NCBI GenBank assembly: GCA_964504365.1
Contig: CAZDDW010000003.1
Span: 8,031-72,030, forward strand
DNA length: 64,000 nt
Source of the DNA: an uncultured Gammaproteobacteria bacterium
Lineage (GTDB): Bacteria; Patescibacteriota; Patescibacteriia; UBA9934; CAZDDW01
Reading direction: 5' to 3'
The notes under the pieces were generated by a model that worked only from the letters and a program-made list of their open reading frames with translations, did not search any database and was not told the DNA's origin. This document shows, one piece after another, positions 9,225 through 19,757 of the stretch (position 1 is its first letter; each line of letters starts with the position of its first letter). Both the position numbers and the translations under genes were made by a program.

Positions 9225-10481
9225 CTAATAATCGTACTCCCGCATGGCAACCTGGCCCTCAATCTGCTTGATCATATCAATAATAACTGAAACCACAATC
9301 AAGATTGATGTTCCACCAACAATCATTGAAGCATTACCTGTTGCCTGTTGCATAATCAACGGCAGCACAGCGATCAGGGACAAGAAACTTGCTCCTCCAA
9401 ATAGAATTCGATTTGAAATCCAATCTAGATATTCAGCAGTTGGTGTACCTGGTCGGATACCCGGAACAAAGCCACCTTGTTTCTGCAAGTTGTCTGCAAT
9501 TCTGTCCGGATGAAAAACCACATTGGCATAAAAGTAAGTAAAACCAAATACCAAAACAAAATAAGTAATTCCGTAAAACAGCTGATTCTGGAATAACTGA
9601 TTAATCCAAGTTGCCGCGGTCTGCAAGAACTCACTATTAGCAGCCATAAAAAACTGAGCAACCATGGTTGGGAACAAAACAATCGAGATGGCAAAGATGA
9701 TCGGAATCACACCAGCCAAGTTCACTCGAATTGGCAAGAATGATGCTGATCCACCACCTCCGCGCAAACGACGAGCATACTGAACCGGAATGTTGCGCTG
9801 GCCTTCGTTCATAATTACCACACCAATAATCGTGGCAATGGTCACTACGGCAAACATAATCATAATAAACAGTTGTGACATGTCAAAAGTGGCAAATGTT
9901 CTCTGGAAAAAGCTTGGTAGTCCAGCCAAAATTCCAGCAAAGATCATGATGGAAATACCGTTTCCAATTTTGCGTTCAGAAATCAATTCACCCAACCACA
10001 TCAAAAAAATGGTTCCAGCAGTCATAACTATTAACGATGTAACCAAATGATATCCGGTAATACTAAATCCAAGTGCCCCGCCCTGCTGGCTCAAAAGAGC
10101 AATCAAACCATAGCCCTGCAACACGGCCAATGGAACAGTTGAGTAGCGTGTCCACTGAGTAATCTTTTGTCGTCCAGCCTCTTCCTTTTGCATTTCCTCT
10201 AACTTCGGCACAATCATAGCCAGCAGCTGGAAGATAATTGAGGCAGTAATATATGGGGCCACACCAAGGGCTACAACGGAAAAGTTATCCATAGTTCCAC
10301 CGGCAAAGATGTTCAGCAGCCCAAAGAACTGATTTGTTTCAAATAAACTAGATAGGGCTGTGGCGTCAACACCTGGAACTGGAATATGAGCAGCTAATCT
10401 AAAAATCACGAGCATGCCCAGCACAAAAAGTATGCTTAAACGCAGCTCGCGAATTTTGAATATTTTTTTAAATGTCAGCAT
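9225..10481 (-). CDS. secY: preprotein translocase SecY
   Basis: 418 aa with ten transmembrane segments and the N-terminal SecY pattern [25 protein letters not shown]. Confidence 0.9.
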   Translation of the reverse strand: MLTFKKIFKIRELRLSILFVLGMLVIFRLAAHIPVPGVDATALSSLFETNQFFGLLNIFAGGTMDNFSVVALGVAPYITASIIFQLLAMIVPKLEEMQKEEAGRQKITQWTRYSTVPLAVLQGYGLIALLSQQGGALGFSITGYHLVTSLIVMTAGTIFLMWLGELISERKIGNGISIMIFAGILAGLPSFFQRTFATFDMSQLFIMIMFAVVTIATIIGVVIMNEGQRNIPVQYARRLRGGGGSASFLPIRVNLAGVIPIIFAISIVLFPTMVAQFFMAANSEFLQTAATWINQLFQNQLFYGITYFVLVFGFTYFYANVVFHPDRIADNLQKQGGFVPGIRPGTPTAEYLDWISNRILFGGASFLSLIAVLPLIMQQATGNASMIVGGTSILIVVSVIIDMIKQIEGQVAMREYDY

Positions 10482-10487
10482 AGGTTG

Positions 10488-10931
10488 CTATGCAATGCTT
10501 CCTCCAGCTTTTTCAATCTTCTCTTTTGCTGAAGCAGAAACCTTACACTCTTTGATGGTCAGCTTAGTTTTGATTTCACCATTTCCCAGAATCTTCACAC
10601 CGTTACGAACAGTAGAAACCAGACCTTTTTCTTTTAGAACACGTGGGTTAACCTCTGCGCCGTCTTTAAAGCTCTTAGCCAATTCTGAAACATTAACCAC
10701 CTCAGCCTTTGGATGAGGGCTCTTAAATCCACGTTTCTTAGGGATATTTAACATGATAAGACGTAATCCTTTCTTTTTCAAGCCCGCTTTTCCACCAGAA
10801 CGAGATCGCTGACCTTTTCGTCCACGACCAGAATATTTTCCTTTTGAAGCCCAACCACGACCAATACGCTTGCGGCTTTTCTTTGCTCCCTTACCAGGTT
10901 TCAGATTGTGTAGAGTAATTTCTTCAGCCAT
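10488..10931 (-). CDS. rplO: 50S ribosomal protein L15
   Basis: LKPGKGAKKSRKRIGRGWASKGKYSGRGRKGQ. Confidence 0.9.
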   Translation of the reverse strand: MAEEITLHNLKPGKGAKKSRKRIGRGWASKGKYSGRGRKGQRSRSGGKAGLKKKGLRLIMLNIPKKRGFKSPHPKAEVVNVSELAKSFKDGAEVNPRVLKEKGLVSTVRNGVKILGNGEIKTKLTIKECKVSASAKEKIEKAGGSIA

Positions 10932-10933
10932 AT

Positions 10934-11581
10934 TTATTTATCAGACTTCTTCTCAGTCGTCTTTTTAGCAGGTTTCTTAGCTGCTGGTTTCTTCACCTCT
11001 CTCTTGACTTCCTTTTTTTCAGCCTTCTTCACCACAGCTTTTTCTTTATCGGTTTTTACACCTTCTGGTACGCGCAGTTCTCGCAATGCTTTCATTGTTG
11101 CATTGGCAATATTGATCTTATTGTTTGATCCAAGAATTTTCGCTGAAGCGTTTGGTACACCACCAAGCTCAAGCAACATGCGCATGGCACCACCAGCTTT
11201 CAGTCCAGTTCCTTTAGGCGCTGGCATTAACAAAACCTTGGCTGCACCAAACTTCATGTTAATGGCGTGTGGTAGTGTCTCTTCAATCATTGGAATATCA
11301 ACAATGTTTTTCTTGGCTTGTCGGAATGCTTTATCAACAGCAAGAGCAACGTCAGCACCTTTAGCTAAACCAACTCCAACACGACCCTTCTTGTCACCAA
11401 TTACTAAACAGGCGCGGAAGCGAAGCCGTTTACCACCAGCAGTAACTCGAGTAACTCGCGCTAGATCCAAAATCTTCTGCTCAAACTCCTTTGGTTCGCG
11501 CTTCATTCGTCGGCGTCCTTTGCCCCTAGGCTTTCCTTTAAAGCCCCCCTTCTTGAATGGTTGTTTCTTCTGTTCTGGCAT
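10934..11581 (-). CDS. rpsE: 30S ribosomal protein S5 with a lysine-rich C-terminal tail; L30 gene absent downstream
   Basis: S5 core (RVTRVTAGGKRLRFRACLVIGD) plus a KK-rich tail; rplO follows directly with no rpmD between them. Confidence 0.9.
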   Translation of the reverse strand: MPEQKKQPFKKGGFKGKPRGKGRRRMKREPKEFEQKILDLARVTRVTAGGKRLRFRACLVIGDKKGRVGVGLAKGADVALAVDKAFRQAKKNIVDIPMIEETLPHAINMKFGAAKVLLMPAPKGTGLKAGGAMRMLLELGGVPNASAKILGSNNKINIANATMKALRELRVPEGVKTDKEKAVVKKAEKKEVKREVKKPAAKKPAKKTTEKKSDK

Positions 11582-11583
11582 AT

Positions 11584-11952
11584 TTAAAAGTCTAGTCCGG
11601 CTTCACGCGCTCCATCAGCCAGAGCTTTTACGCGACCGTGATATTTATAACTTCGTCGATCAAATACTGCCTTTTTGATGTCGGTCTTAACTGCTTTATC
11701 ACCAACAAGCTTTCCTACCATACCAGCCACCTCTACTGGTTTCTTGCCTTTTTTATCAGCATCAGCAATATCTTTATCAGAAGCGCTAACAATGGTTTTC
11801 TTAGTATTATCATCAATCAGTTGTGCAGAAATGTGGCGCAAGCTTCGAAATACGGCCAAACGTGGCTGTTCTTTTGTACCAGAAATCTTTGCTCGACTTC
11901 GTACCTGTCGACGCTTAGCAATTGATCGTTTTTTCAAAATTTTCTTACTCAT
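11584..11952 (-). CDS. rplR: 50S ribosomal protein L18
   Basis: The true start is MSKKILKKRSIAKRRQVRSRAKISG; the longer ORF-track start is a spurious extension. Confidence 0.85.
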   Translation of the reverse strand: MSKKILKKRSIAKRRQVRSRAKISGTKEQPRLAVFRSLRHISAQLIDDNTKKTIVSASDKDIADADKKGKKPVEVAGMVGKLVGDKAVKTDIKKAVFDRRSYKYHGRVKALADGAREAGLDF

Positions 11953-11953
11953 A

Positions 11954-12511
11954 TTATTCAGCAGTCTTAGCAGCTTTACCAGCCTTACGACGAATAACTT
12001 CATCACTATACTTGATCCCTTTTCCTTTATAAGGCTCTGGTTTGCGGATTTTACGCATCTCGGCAGCAATTTTTCCAACCAGTTGTCGATCGATTCCAGA
12101 AACAATAACGTTGTTTTTCTCAATCTTCACATCAATTCCTTCTGGAATCTTGAATTCAACTGGATGTGAATAACCAACTTCGAAAACAACATCTTTTCCT
12201 TTCATGTTTACTTTATAACCAACACCAACAACTTCAAGAGACCTTGAAAAACCTTCAGTCACTCCCGAAACCATATTCGCAATCAGTGCACGAGTGGTTC
12301 CCCACATAGCAATTGCTTCCTTGTCAGCAGTGTCAGTTGCTTTAACTTCAATTATTTTTTCACCATCAGCTTCACCTAAAACAACTTCAGACTTATTATG
12401 AATATCCATTTCTAAAGCACCCTTAGGACCCTTAACAAAAATATGCTTGTCCTCGAGCTTCACTTCAACACCCTCTGGAATTGTGATTGGTTTTTTTCCA
12501 ACTCGAGACAT
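11954..12511 (-). CDS. rplF: 50S ribosomal protein L6
   Basis: MSRVGKKPITIPEGVEV. Confidence 0.9.
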   Translation of the reverse strand: MSRVGKKPITIPEGVEVKLEDKHIFVKGPKGALEMDIHNKSEVVLGEADGEKIIEVKATDTADKEAIAMWGTTRALIANMVSGVTEGFSRSLEVVGVGYKVNMKGKDVVFEVGYSHPVEFKIPEGIDVKIEKNNVIVSGIDRQLVGKIAAEMRKIRKPEPYKGKGIKYSDEVIRRKAGKAAKTAE

Positions 12512-12512
12512 A

Positions 12513-12905
12513 TTAGTAAATTTCACAAATTACTTCCCCACCCAAATGTCGCTTTCGGGCTTCTTTGTTAGTCATCAAGCCATTCGGTGTTGAAACAATC
12601 GCCATACCCATTCCTGATAAAACATTTGGTAACTCATTATGCTTTGCATAGACCCGACGCCCAGGCTTACTGACTCGGCTCAACTTGGCAATAACTGGGG
12701 TAGCATCTTGGTACTTCAATTCAATTCGCAAAACAGCAAATTTCTCATCAGTGTCTTTTTCTACTTTTCCAAGATATCCTTCACGCTCCAAAATCTTTGC
12801 GATACTGTACTTCATATTTGAGTACGGCAAAACCACTTCCGGCTTTTTCACAGCCGATGCGTTACGAATTCTTGTTAACATGTCTGAAATTGGATCTGTA
12901 ATCAT
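12513..12905 (-). CDS. rpsH: 30S ribosomal protein S8
   Basis: MITDPISDMLTRIRNA. Confidence 0.9.
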   Translation of the reverse strand: MITDPISDMLTRIRNASAVKKPEVVLPYSNMKYSIAKILEREGYLGKVEKDTDEKFAVLRIELKYQDATPVIAKLSRVSKPGRRVYAKHNELPNVLSGMGMAIVSTPNGLMTNKEARKRHLGGEVICEIY

Positions 12906-12906
12906 A

Positions 12907-13092
12907 TTACCAACTTGATTTTTTGACGCCCGGAATCTGGCCTTTATTAGCTAACTCTCGGAAACAGATTCGACACAACTTAAAGTCGCGCATGTAACCA
13001 CGCTGACGACCACACTTCCAACAACGTCGAACGTGTCGAGTCGAAAACTTTGGTTGCTTCTTTGATTTAGCTTTCTGGTTTTCAGTAGCCAT
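12907..13092 (-). CDS. rpsN: 30S ribosomal protein S14 type Z (zinc form)
   Basis: 61 aa with [23 protein letters not shown]. Confidence 0.9.
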   Translation of the reverse strand: MATENQKAKSKKQPKFSTRHVRRCWKCGRQRGYMRDFKLCRICFRELANKGQIPGVKKSSW

Positions 13093-13094
13093 AA

Positions 13095-13649
13095 TTACTT
13101 GTCTTTCTTAAACGGAAATCCGAGTTTTGTAAATAATGCCATTCCTTGGGCGTAATCTGGAGCAGTAGTAGTAACATTAACTTCTAGCCCGTGAATTGTC
13201 TCAATTTCATCTGGTCTAATCTCAGGAAAAGCAACATGCTCTTTAAATCCGTATGAAAAATTTCCATTCTTATCAACTGCTTTTGGACCGATACCACGAA
13301 AGTCACTAACACGTGGGAAGGTGATATTAACTAACTTGTCTAAAAATGCCCACATCTGATTACCACGTAAGGTAACTTTCAATCCAACCACGTTCCCTTC
13401 ACGGATCTTGAAACCAGCAATTGATTTACGTGCTTTTGTCTGAACTGGTTTTTGTCCACTGATACGATTCAAAGTATCTTCAACAATCGCAATGTAACCT
13501 GAATCCTTATACTTTTCACCAAGACCAACATTTAAAGTCACCTTCTCAATTTTAGGAACAGACATTATATTTGCATATCCAAACTCTTCCTTCAAAACAG
13601 GCAAAACTTCTTTCTTGTATTTGTCTTTCAAATTCTCCATATTATTCAA
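13095..13649 (-). CDS. rplE: 50S ribosomal protein L5
   Basis: [36 protein letters not shown]. Confidence 0.9.
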   Translation of the reverse strand: MNNMENLKDKYKKEVLPVLKEEFGYANIMSVPKIEKVTLNVGLGEKYKDSGYIAIVEDTLNRISGQKPVQTKARKSIAGFKIREGNVVGLKVTLRGNQMWAFLDKLVNITFPRVSDFRGIGPKAVDKNGNFSYGFKEHVAFPEIRPDEIETIHGLEVNVTTTAPDYAQGMALFTKLGFPFKKDK

Positions 13650-13968
13650 CGTCTTCTACTTTACCTTTTGAACGAATAACTCGCACTTTCTGCTTCTTAC
13701 CATCTTTCTCTAACAACTTATAACCAACCCGACCGCTAGTTCCGGTCTTTGCAGAAATTAATTTAACATTCGAAACATGCATCGGTGCTGGGAACTGGAT
13801 CTTCTGACCAGACTGTCCCCGTTGACGTGTTCGTAAGTGTCGAGTTGCTAAATTAATTCCTTCAATTACAATTCTCTCTTGCTTAGGAAATACCTGAAGC
13901 ACTTTTCCCTCTTTGCCTTTCTCTTTACCAGCAATCACTTTTACTTTGTCACCTGTTTTAATCTTCAT
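13642..13968 (-). CDS. rplX: 50S ribosomal protein L24
   Basis: MKIKTGDKVKVIAGKEKGKEGKV (KOW domain). Confidence 0.9.
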   Translation of the reverse strand: MKIKTGDKVKVIAGKEKGKEGKVLQVFPKQERIVIEGINLATRHLRTRQRGQSGQKIQFPAPMHVSNVKLISAKTGTSGRVGYKLLEKDGKKQKVRVIRSKGKVEDVE

Positions 13969-13972
13969 ATCT

Positions 13973-14344
13973 TTAAAGCACTTCCGGGGCTAATGAAATA
14001 ATTTTATTATATCCAGCCGCACGTAGTTCGCGGGCCACAGGTCCAAAAATACGAGTCGCTTTTGGTTCCTTGGTCTTCTTGTCAATAATCACTGCTGAAT
14101 TTTCATCAAAACGAATATATGATCCATCTTTTCGACGAGTCTCTTTTCTTGTTCGTACCATCACAGCATGGATAACATCACCTTTTTTTACAGCCGAATG
14201 AGGCACAGCCTCTTTAACTGAAGCGGTAACAACATCACCAATCACAGCATAGCGCTTTTTATATCCACCAAGAACTCGAATAACCTTGAGCTTTTTAGCC
14301 CCACTGTTATCAGCTACATTTAACATTGTCTCTTCCTGAACCAT
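13973..14344 (-). CDS. rplN: 50S ribosomal protein L14
   Basis: The start is [19 protein letters not shown]; the ORF-track N-terminal extension is spurious. Confidence 0.9.
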   Translation of the reverse strand: MVQEETMLNVADNSGAKKLKVIRVLGGYKKRYAVIGDVVTASVKEAVPHSAVKKGDVIHAVMVRTRKETRRKDGSYIRFDENSAVIIDKKTKEPKATRIFGPVARELRAAGYNKIISLAPEVL

Positions 14345-14346
14345 AT

Positions 14347-14601
14347 TTAACTTACTTTTTTTACAAATCGCCAACACTTATCTTTTGACATTGGTCGACA
14401 TTCTTCAAAAATAATCTTGTCACCCTCAACCAGTTCGTTCTTTTCATCATGTACCTTATACTTCGCACTACGCACATATCGTTTGTGATATTTTGAATGC
14501 TCAACAGTTCGGTCAACCCGAACCAAGGCTGTCTTTTCCATCTTGTTTCCGACAACTTCTCCAGTCAAACGACGACGTTGTGTTTTCTTTTCTTCAGACA
14601 T
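14347..14601 (-). CDS. rpsQ: 30S ribosomal protein S17
   Basis: [23 protein letters not shown]. Confidence 0.9.
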   Translation of the reverse strand: MSEEKKTQRRRLTGEVVGNKMEKTALVRVDRTVEHSKYHKRYVRSAKYKVHDEKNELVEGDKIIFEECRPMSKDKCWRFVKKVS

Positions 14602-14604
14602 AGA

Positions 14605-14790
14605 TTATTTACTTTGATTCAAAGCAGTTTTAATCTTAGCAATTAACTGCTTGGTTTCCCGTACCTGGCGCACCTGTTTCAGCTGGTTCGAAGCCAGTTT
14701 AAACTTGAGCTCTCGTAATTTAGCCCGAGCCTCAACCAACATTTTGTCCAGATCCTCTTTAGTTTTTCCTTTAAATTCTTTGATCTGCAT
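14605..14790 (-). CDS. rpmC: 50S ribosomal protein L29
   Basis: 61 aa helical protein (KLRELKFKLASNQL) at the expected operon position. Confidence 0.85.
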   Translation of the reverse strand: MQIKEFKGKTKEDLDKMLVEARAKLRELKFKLASNQLKQVRQVRETKQLIAKIKTALNQSK

Positions 14791-14792
14791 AA

Positions 14793-15206
14793 TTAGAAAC
14801 GGGTAACAACTTTTGTTTTAACTGGCAACTTGTGAGAGGCCAAACGCAGCGCTTCACGAGCCACATCATCGGGCACACCATCGATCTCGAACATAACTGT
14901 CCCTGGTCGAACTGGAGTGATATAGTGATCTACCCCACCTTTTCCTTTACCCATTGGCACCTCAGCACCTTTCGCAGTCACTGGATGATCCGGAAAAATT
15001 CGAATCCAGATCGAACCACCACGCTTGACGTGACGTGTCATTGCACGACGTGCTGCTTCAATCTGGCGCGAAGTTACCCAAGATTCAGTAACTGCCTTCA
15101 AACCTAATTTACCAAAAGCCAACCGGGTCTTGCTGGTTGCAATCCGTTTTCCACTGGCACGTCCTTTGTGCCATTTTCGGTGCTTCATTTTCTTAGGCAT
15201 CAACAT
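14793..15206 (-). CDS. rplP: 50S ribosomal protein L16
   Basis: [17 protein letters not shown]. Confidence 0.9.
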   Translation of the reverse strand: MLMPKKMKHRKWHKGRASGKRIATSKTRLAFGKLGLKAVTESWVTSRQIEAARRAMTRHVKRGGSIWIRIFPDHPVTAKGAEVPMGKGKGGVDHYITPVRPGTVMFEIDGVPDDVAREALRLASHKLPVKTKVVTRF

Positions 15207-15208
15207 AA

Positions 15209-15862
15209 TTATTTGTCAGTTTTTTTCTCAAAAACTTCTCCACGATTAATCCAAATCTTAATTCCGATAGTTCCATATGTAGTCCAGGCACGCACACGAG
15301 CAAAATCAATGTCAGCACGCAAATTATGCAACGGAATACATCCTTGCGACAACTGCTCAGTTCGAGCAATGTCTGCTCCATTCAAACGACCGGCCACAGC
15401 AATTTTAACTCCTTTAGCCCCACCCTTCATTACTCGCTCGATTGTCTGTTTCATTGAGCGACGGAAAGGCAAACGCTTTTCAAGATCGTCACGAATCTGT
15501 TGACCAACAATTGAAGCAGACAACGATGGCTTAGCCACTTCCTGTACATTTAAATTCAGATTAACTCTTCGTCCACGGAAAAACTGTCCCATGACCTTTT
15601 TCTTCAAATCTTCAATACCAGCCCCTGAACGACCAATGATAAATCCCGGCTTGGCAGAATGAATAGTAACAGTAATATTCTGAGTATTTCTTTCAATGGC
15701 CACGTGATCAACTGCTGCATCTTTCAGCTTCTTTTCTAAGAAAGTACGGATCTTGTGATCTTCCTCAAGTAACTTTGGGTAATCCTTTTTTGCAAACCAA
15801 TTAGAATCCCAACCACGAGTTGTGGGAATACGGAATACCTTTGGGTGTACTTTCTGAGACAT
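15209..15862 (-). CDS. rpsC: 30S ribosomal protein S3
   Basis: [24 protein letters not shown], with a KH domain. Confidence 0.9.
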   Translation of the reverse strand: MSQKVHPKVFRIPTTRGWDSNWFAKKDYPKLLEEDHKIRTFLEKKLKDAAVDHVAIERNTQNITVTIHSAKPGFIIGRSGAGIEDLKKKVMGQFFRGRRVNLNLNVQEVAKPSLSASIVGQQIRDDLEKRLPFRRSMKQTIERVMKGGAKGVKIAVAGRLNGADIARTEQLSQGCIPLHNLRADIDFARVRAWTTYGTIGIKIWINRGEVFEKKTDK

Positions 15863-15864
15863 AA

Positions 15865-16317
15865 TTACTTAGTTGATTTGCTTGTTTTCTTAGTCGTTTC
15901 TTTCTTTTTTTCTACTTTCTTTACTGCTTTTTTTACAGCTGGCTTCTTCACATTTTTCTTAACCTCAGTCTTCTTTTCAGCTTTCTCTTTTTCATCTAGG
16001 ACAACGGTAATGTGGGTGGTACGCTTGCGAATCGGAGCCGCTCGGCCTCGAGCCCTTGGCTTGAAACGTTTCAAAGTAGGACCTCCGTCGGCTTTAATGG
16101 TCTTAACAAATAGATCACCTGGTTTCAGTTTAAAGTTATGTTCAGCATTTGCAGCAGCCGAATTAATCAACTTGAGCACTGGCAAAGCTGCAGCCTTATT
16201 CATAAACGTCAGCTGACTTTGTGCCTCAGCCAAATCCATGCCTCTAACAACATCAATCACCAACCGCACTTTTCGCGGTGACATTCTGATATATCTTGCT
16301 TTAGCTGAAACTTCCAT
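15865..16317 (-). CDS. rplV: 50S ribosomal protein L22 with a lysine-rich C-terminal extension
   Basis: AKARYIRMSPRKVRLVIDVVRGM, followed by a KK-rich tail. Confidence 0.9.
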   Translation of the reverse strand: MEVSAKARYIRMSPRKVRLVIDVVRGMDLAEAQSQLTFMNKAAALPVLKLINSAAANAEHNFKLKPGDLFVKTIKADGGPTLKRFKPRARGRAAPIRKRTTHITVVLDEKEKAEKKTEVKKNVKKPAVKKAVKKVEKKKETTKKTSKSTK

Positions 16318-16319
16318 AA

Positions 16320-16595
16320 TTATTTCTGACCTTTGGCCATTTTACCTCCATGACTTACAAACTTTCTTGTCTGAGCAAATTCACCTAATTTATGTCCAAC
16401 CATATTCTCAACGATTCGTATTGGCACATGCGTTCGACCGTTATGCACACCGATAGTAAAACCTACCATTTCTGGAGTAATACTAGAAGCACGAGCCCAA
16501 GTCTTAATTACAGTAGTATCACCTGGTTTCAAGGCTTGAATCTTCTTTAATAGTTTGGCGTCCACATAAGGACCTTTTTTCAAACTTCGTGACAT
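16320..16595 (-). CDS. rpsS: 30S ribosomal protein S19
   Basis: [12 protein letters not shown]...GHKLGEF. Confidence 0.9.
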   Translation of the reverse strand: MSRSLKKGPYVDAKLLKKIQALKPGDTTVIKTWARASSITPEMVGFTIGVHNGRTHVPIRIVENMVGHKLGEFAQTRKFVSHGGKMAKGQK

Positions 16596-16599
16596 ATCA

Positions 16600-17439
16600 T
16601 TATCGGCGTCGTTTCTTACGTCGCTGCAAAATTAACTTATCTGATGTTTTCTTTCGTCGAGTCTTTACACCCAAGGCCGGCTTTCCAGTCGGGGTCTTTG
16701 GATGTTTCAAACCAATTGGGTTACTTCCTTCTCCACCTCCGTGCGGGTGATCTACTGGGTTCATTACTTTACCACGAACAGTTGGTCTAATACCTCGATG
16801 ACGCATCCTACCAGCTTTTCCCCAACGAATCAAACGTCGATCCGGATTTGAGGTCTGCCCAATGGTAGCCATACAAGATCGTGGAACCATACGCACTTCA
16901 CCTGAAGGTAGTTTCAAAGTCGCGTTCTTTCCTTCAACTGCCATGATCTGAGCTGTTGTTCCAGCACCACGCACCATCTGCCCACCTTTTCCAGGTTCAA
17001 TCTCAATGTTATAAACACCAATTCCCGCCGGAATATTCTCGATTGGGAAACGATTTCCTACTTTGATCTCACCTTTATTCTTTGAACTTACAACTTTGTC
17101 TCCTACTTTCAAACCAATCGGAGCAACCATATACTTCTTATCACCATCAGCATACTGCAACAAGGCAATTCGAGCACCACGTCCTGGATCATACTCGATT
17201 GAAGCCACGGTTGCTGGAACATCAAACTTTGTACGTTTAAAATCGATAACACGGACGTGGCGTTTTGCACCACCGCCACGGTGACGAACAGTAATCTTTC
17301 CCTGAGAGTTTCGTCCAGCCTGCTGTTTTCGTTTCTTTAACAAAGACTTCTCAGGTTTCTTTTTGGTAATATCAGAAAAGGTGTCAACGCTAGAAATACG
17401 TCGTCCCGGAGTAGTTGGTTTGTATTTTCTAATAGCCAT
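16600..17439 (-). CDS. rplB: 50S ribosomal protein L2
   Basis: [14 protein letters not shown] ... GGGEG. Confidence 0.9.
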   Translation of the reverse strand: MAIRKYKPTTPGRRISSVDTFSDITKKKPEKSLLKKRKQQAGRNSQGKITVRHRGGGAKRHVRVIDFKRTKFDVPATVASIEYDPGRGARIALLQYADGDKKYMVAPIGLKVGDKVVSSKNKGEIKVGNRFPIENIPAGIGVYNIEIEPGKGGQMVRGAGTTAQIMAVEGKNATLKLPSGEVRMVPRSCMATIGQTSNPDRRLIRWGKAGRMRHRGIRPTVRGKVMNPVDHPHGGGEGSNPIGLKHPKTPTGKPALGVKTRRKKTSDKLILQRRKKRRR

Positions 17440-17441
17440 AA

Positions 17442-17885
17442 TTAAACACCTTCGTAAACATCAATTTTACTTCCTTTTGGCAAAGTAACGATTGCTTTTT
17501 TCCAGGCCTTTCGCTTTCCACGAACTCGACCAAAACGAACAGCTTTACCAGCATAATTCTGAACGTTCACCCTAACTGGCAAAACACCGTACAATTCCTT
17601 TACTGCATTACGAATCTGGATCTGGTTAGCATCTGGATGTACTACGAAAACATACTGATTAGCATGAGCCAAAATTGCTGCCTTCTCTGTAATATGTGGC
17701 CGAACGATCACACGATCAGTCTGCTCAGAAACCATTTTCTTTGATTTTGTGGTTGCAGCCTTTCCTTTCTTGGTCTCCTTTTTCTTTTCTTCTTTTGCAA
17801 CCTTAACCTCTTCTGCCTTCTTCTGCGGGGCAGCTTCCAGTGCTTCCTTCTCGTTCTTTTTCTTGAAAATATTCTTCAAAGCCAT
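17442..17885 (-). CDS. rplW: 50S ribosomal protein L23 with a lysine-rich N-terminal region
   Basis: C-terminal L23 core ([23 protein letters not shown]); the start MALKNIF is chosen to avoid overlapping rplD. Confidence 0.85.
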   Translation of the reverse strand: MALKNIFKKKNEKEALEAAPQKKAEEVKVAKEEKKKETKKGKAATTKSKKMVSEQTDRVIVRPHITEKAAILAHANQYVFVVHPDANQIQIRNAVKELYGVLPVRVNVQNYAGKAVRFGRVRGKRKAWKKAIVTLPKGSKIDVYEGV

Positions 17886-17886
17886 A

Positions 17887-18519
17887 TTACTTGCTATAAG
17901 TCTTGTGCAAAATATCAATCGTGTCTTTAGCAACCAAGATATAGTCGTGTCCCAAAATTTCTAAAACATTCAAACTTCCAGCACCCAGTGTATCGACCTT
18001 AGGGACATTCTTAATTGCTCGCTTGATCTCAACATTGCTTGGATCTGTAATCACCAAAGTCTTTTTCCCAGATACAGGCAATTTTTCATAAAATTCAACA
18101 AACATCTTAGTCTTCACTTCTGGCAATTTCAATGAATCAACAACAATAAATTTTTCATGAGCAACCTTGTCAGTCAAAACCATACTTAATGCCTTTTGCC
18201 GCACCTTCTTATTCACTTTTTTTGTAAAATTTCGAACATTACGTGGGCCAAATGTAACTCCACCACCTTTCCAAAGTGGAGAACGAATAGAACCAGCACG
18301 GGCACGCCCAGTTCCTTTCTGTCGCCAAGGCTTTCGACCACCACCACGCACTTCACCACGTGTCTTGGTGTGAGCAATCGGATCACGCGCACCAGCCTCA
18401 AGAGCAACAACAACCTCATGAATCAGGGCTTTATTTGCAGCAACCTCAAACAACTCAGGTTTCAATTCAACCTCACCACTAGCTTTTCCTTCTGCATTGT
18501 ATACTTTAACCTTAGCCAT
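17887..18519 (-). CDS. rplD: 50S ribosomal protein L4
   Basis: MAKVKVYNAEGKASGEVEL ... GGGRKPWRQKGTGRAR. Confidence 0.9.
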   Translation of the reverse strand: MAKVKVYNAEGKASGEVELKPELFEVAANKALIHEVVVALEAGARDPIAHTKTRGEVRGGGRKPWRQKGTGRARAGSIRSPLWKGGGVTFGPRNVRNFTKKVNKKVRQKALSMVLTDKVAHEKFIVVDSLKLPEVKTKMFVEFYEKLPVSGKKTLVITDPSNVEIKRAIKNVPKVDTLGAGSLNVLEILGHDYILVAKDTIDILHKTYSK

Positions 18520-18521
18520 AT

Positions 18522-19148
18522 TTAGTTACCCCAAAGAGTTTTACCAACACGCCCACGAATCATTAATACAGTATTTCGCGCACCTGGAACAGCACCCTTA
18601 ATTGCTAAAATATTATTCTTTGCATCAACTGCAGCAATTTCTAAATTCTTCACAGTCACTCGATCTCCACCCATTCGACCACCCATACGCTTTCCTTTCA
18701 AAACACGCTGTGGACCTTGGGCACCAATTGAACCTGGCATACGCAACTGATCTTTGTGACCGTGTGAAGCCGGACTTCCGTGGAAACCATGGCGTTTAAC
18801 AACACCCTGAAATCCTTTTCCTTTTGATTCTCCAACCACATCAACTTTGTCACCTTCTTCAAAAACAGAAACGTTAATCTTGTCTCCTTGTTTCAATTCA
18901 GTTTCATCTACTCGAAATTCACGTGTCATAGCAACTGGCCCCACCTCTTTAGCACGAGCCTGTTGTGGTTTAGCAACTTTCTTGGTCTGACCATAACCGA
19001 TCTGAACAGCAGTATAACCATTCTTGTCTTCAGTTTGCACACCAGTTACCACACATGGTCCAGCCTGAACCAAGGTCACAGGAATTACTGTGCCATCTTC
19101 CTTGAAGATCTGGGTCATTTCAATTTTCTTACCAAGAATGAATTTCAT
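18522..19148 (-). CDS. rplC: 50S ribosomal protein L3
   Basis: The start is MKFILGKKIEMTQIF; the ORF-track extension is spurious. Confidence 0.9.
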   Translation of the reverse strand: MKFILGKKIEMTQIFKEDGTVIPVTLVQAGPCVVTGVQTEDKNGYTAVQIGYGQTKKVAKPQQARAKEVGPVAMTREFRVDETELKQGDKINVSVFEEGDKVDVVGESKGKGFQGVVKRHGFHGSPASHGHKDQLRMPGSIGAQGPQRVLKGKRMGGRMGGDRVTVKNLEIAAVDAKNNILAIKGAVPGARNTVLMIRGRVGKTLWGN

Positions 19149-19359
19149 ATATAACTGACTAACATAAAAGTCAGAAGTTGTGCCACGAACTAAATTCATA
19201 GAACAGCTTCTGACCCATGCGAGCAAATGGGTTTTCCTAACTTATTTATTTGAATTCCTTTCTTCTACCCAACCCTCAAAGCCCAAGGAGGTTTTCGCCA
19301 TTAGCCCGTCAATAAGCACGCGATCTTTCTCCTTCGTTTTTAGATTGGTGTTCCTCCAA

Positions 19360-19692
19360 CTACATTTTAATCTCTACATCCACGCCAGCTGGCAAATTCA
19401 GACTCATCAATGAATCAATGGTTTTTTCACTAGGATTGATAATATCAATCAATCGTTTGTGAACTCGCATTTCATATTGATCACGTGCTGTCTTGTGAAC
19501 GAAAGTTGATTTATTGACCGTGTACTTACGTTTCTCAGTTGGCAATGGTACCGGACCAAGAATCTTAGCACCAGTTCGCTCAGCCGTCTTGATAATAGTC
19601 TGAGTAGCCTGGTCAATAATCTTGTGGTCGTAAGCTCGAATCTTAATTCGGATTCTTTGCTTTACATCGTTTTGTGTTTTTTCTGTTGGCAT
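19360..19692 (-). CDS. rpsJ: 30S ribosomal protein S10
   Basis: [41 protein letters not shown]; the start is at MPTEK. Confidence 0.9.
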   Translation of the reverse strand: MPTEKTQNDVKQRIRIKIRAYDHKIIDQATQTIIKTAERTGAKILGPVPLPTEKRKYTVNKSTFVHKTARDQYEMRVHKRLIDIINPSEKTIDSLMSLNLPAGVDVEIKM

Positions 19693-19757
19693 GTGTTTAG
19701 GGAAAGAACAGGTCAAAACCTTAAGGAGGGCGATTTTACTCGCCCTCCTGGTTTATA

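Noticed and set aside
11004-12169. Plus-strand ORFs (11004..11678, 11638..11925, 11675..12169) inside the ribosomal protein block
   Set aside because: They run antisense to well-supported minus-strand genes (S5, L18, L6) and their translations are low-complexity, so they are frame artefacts.
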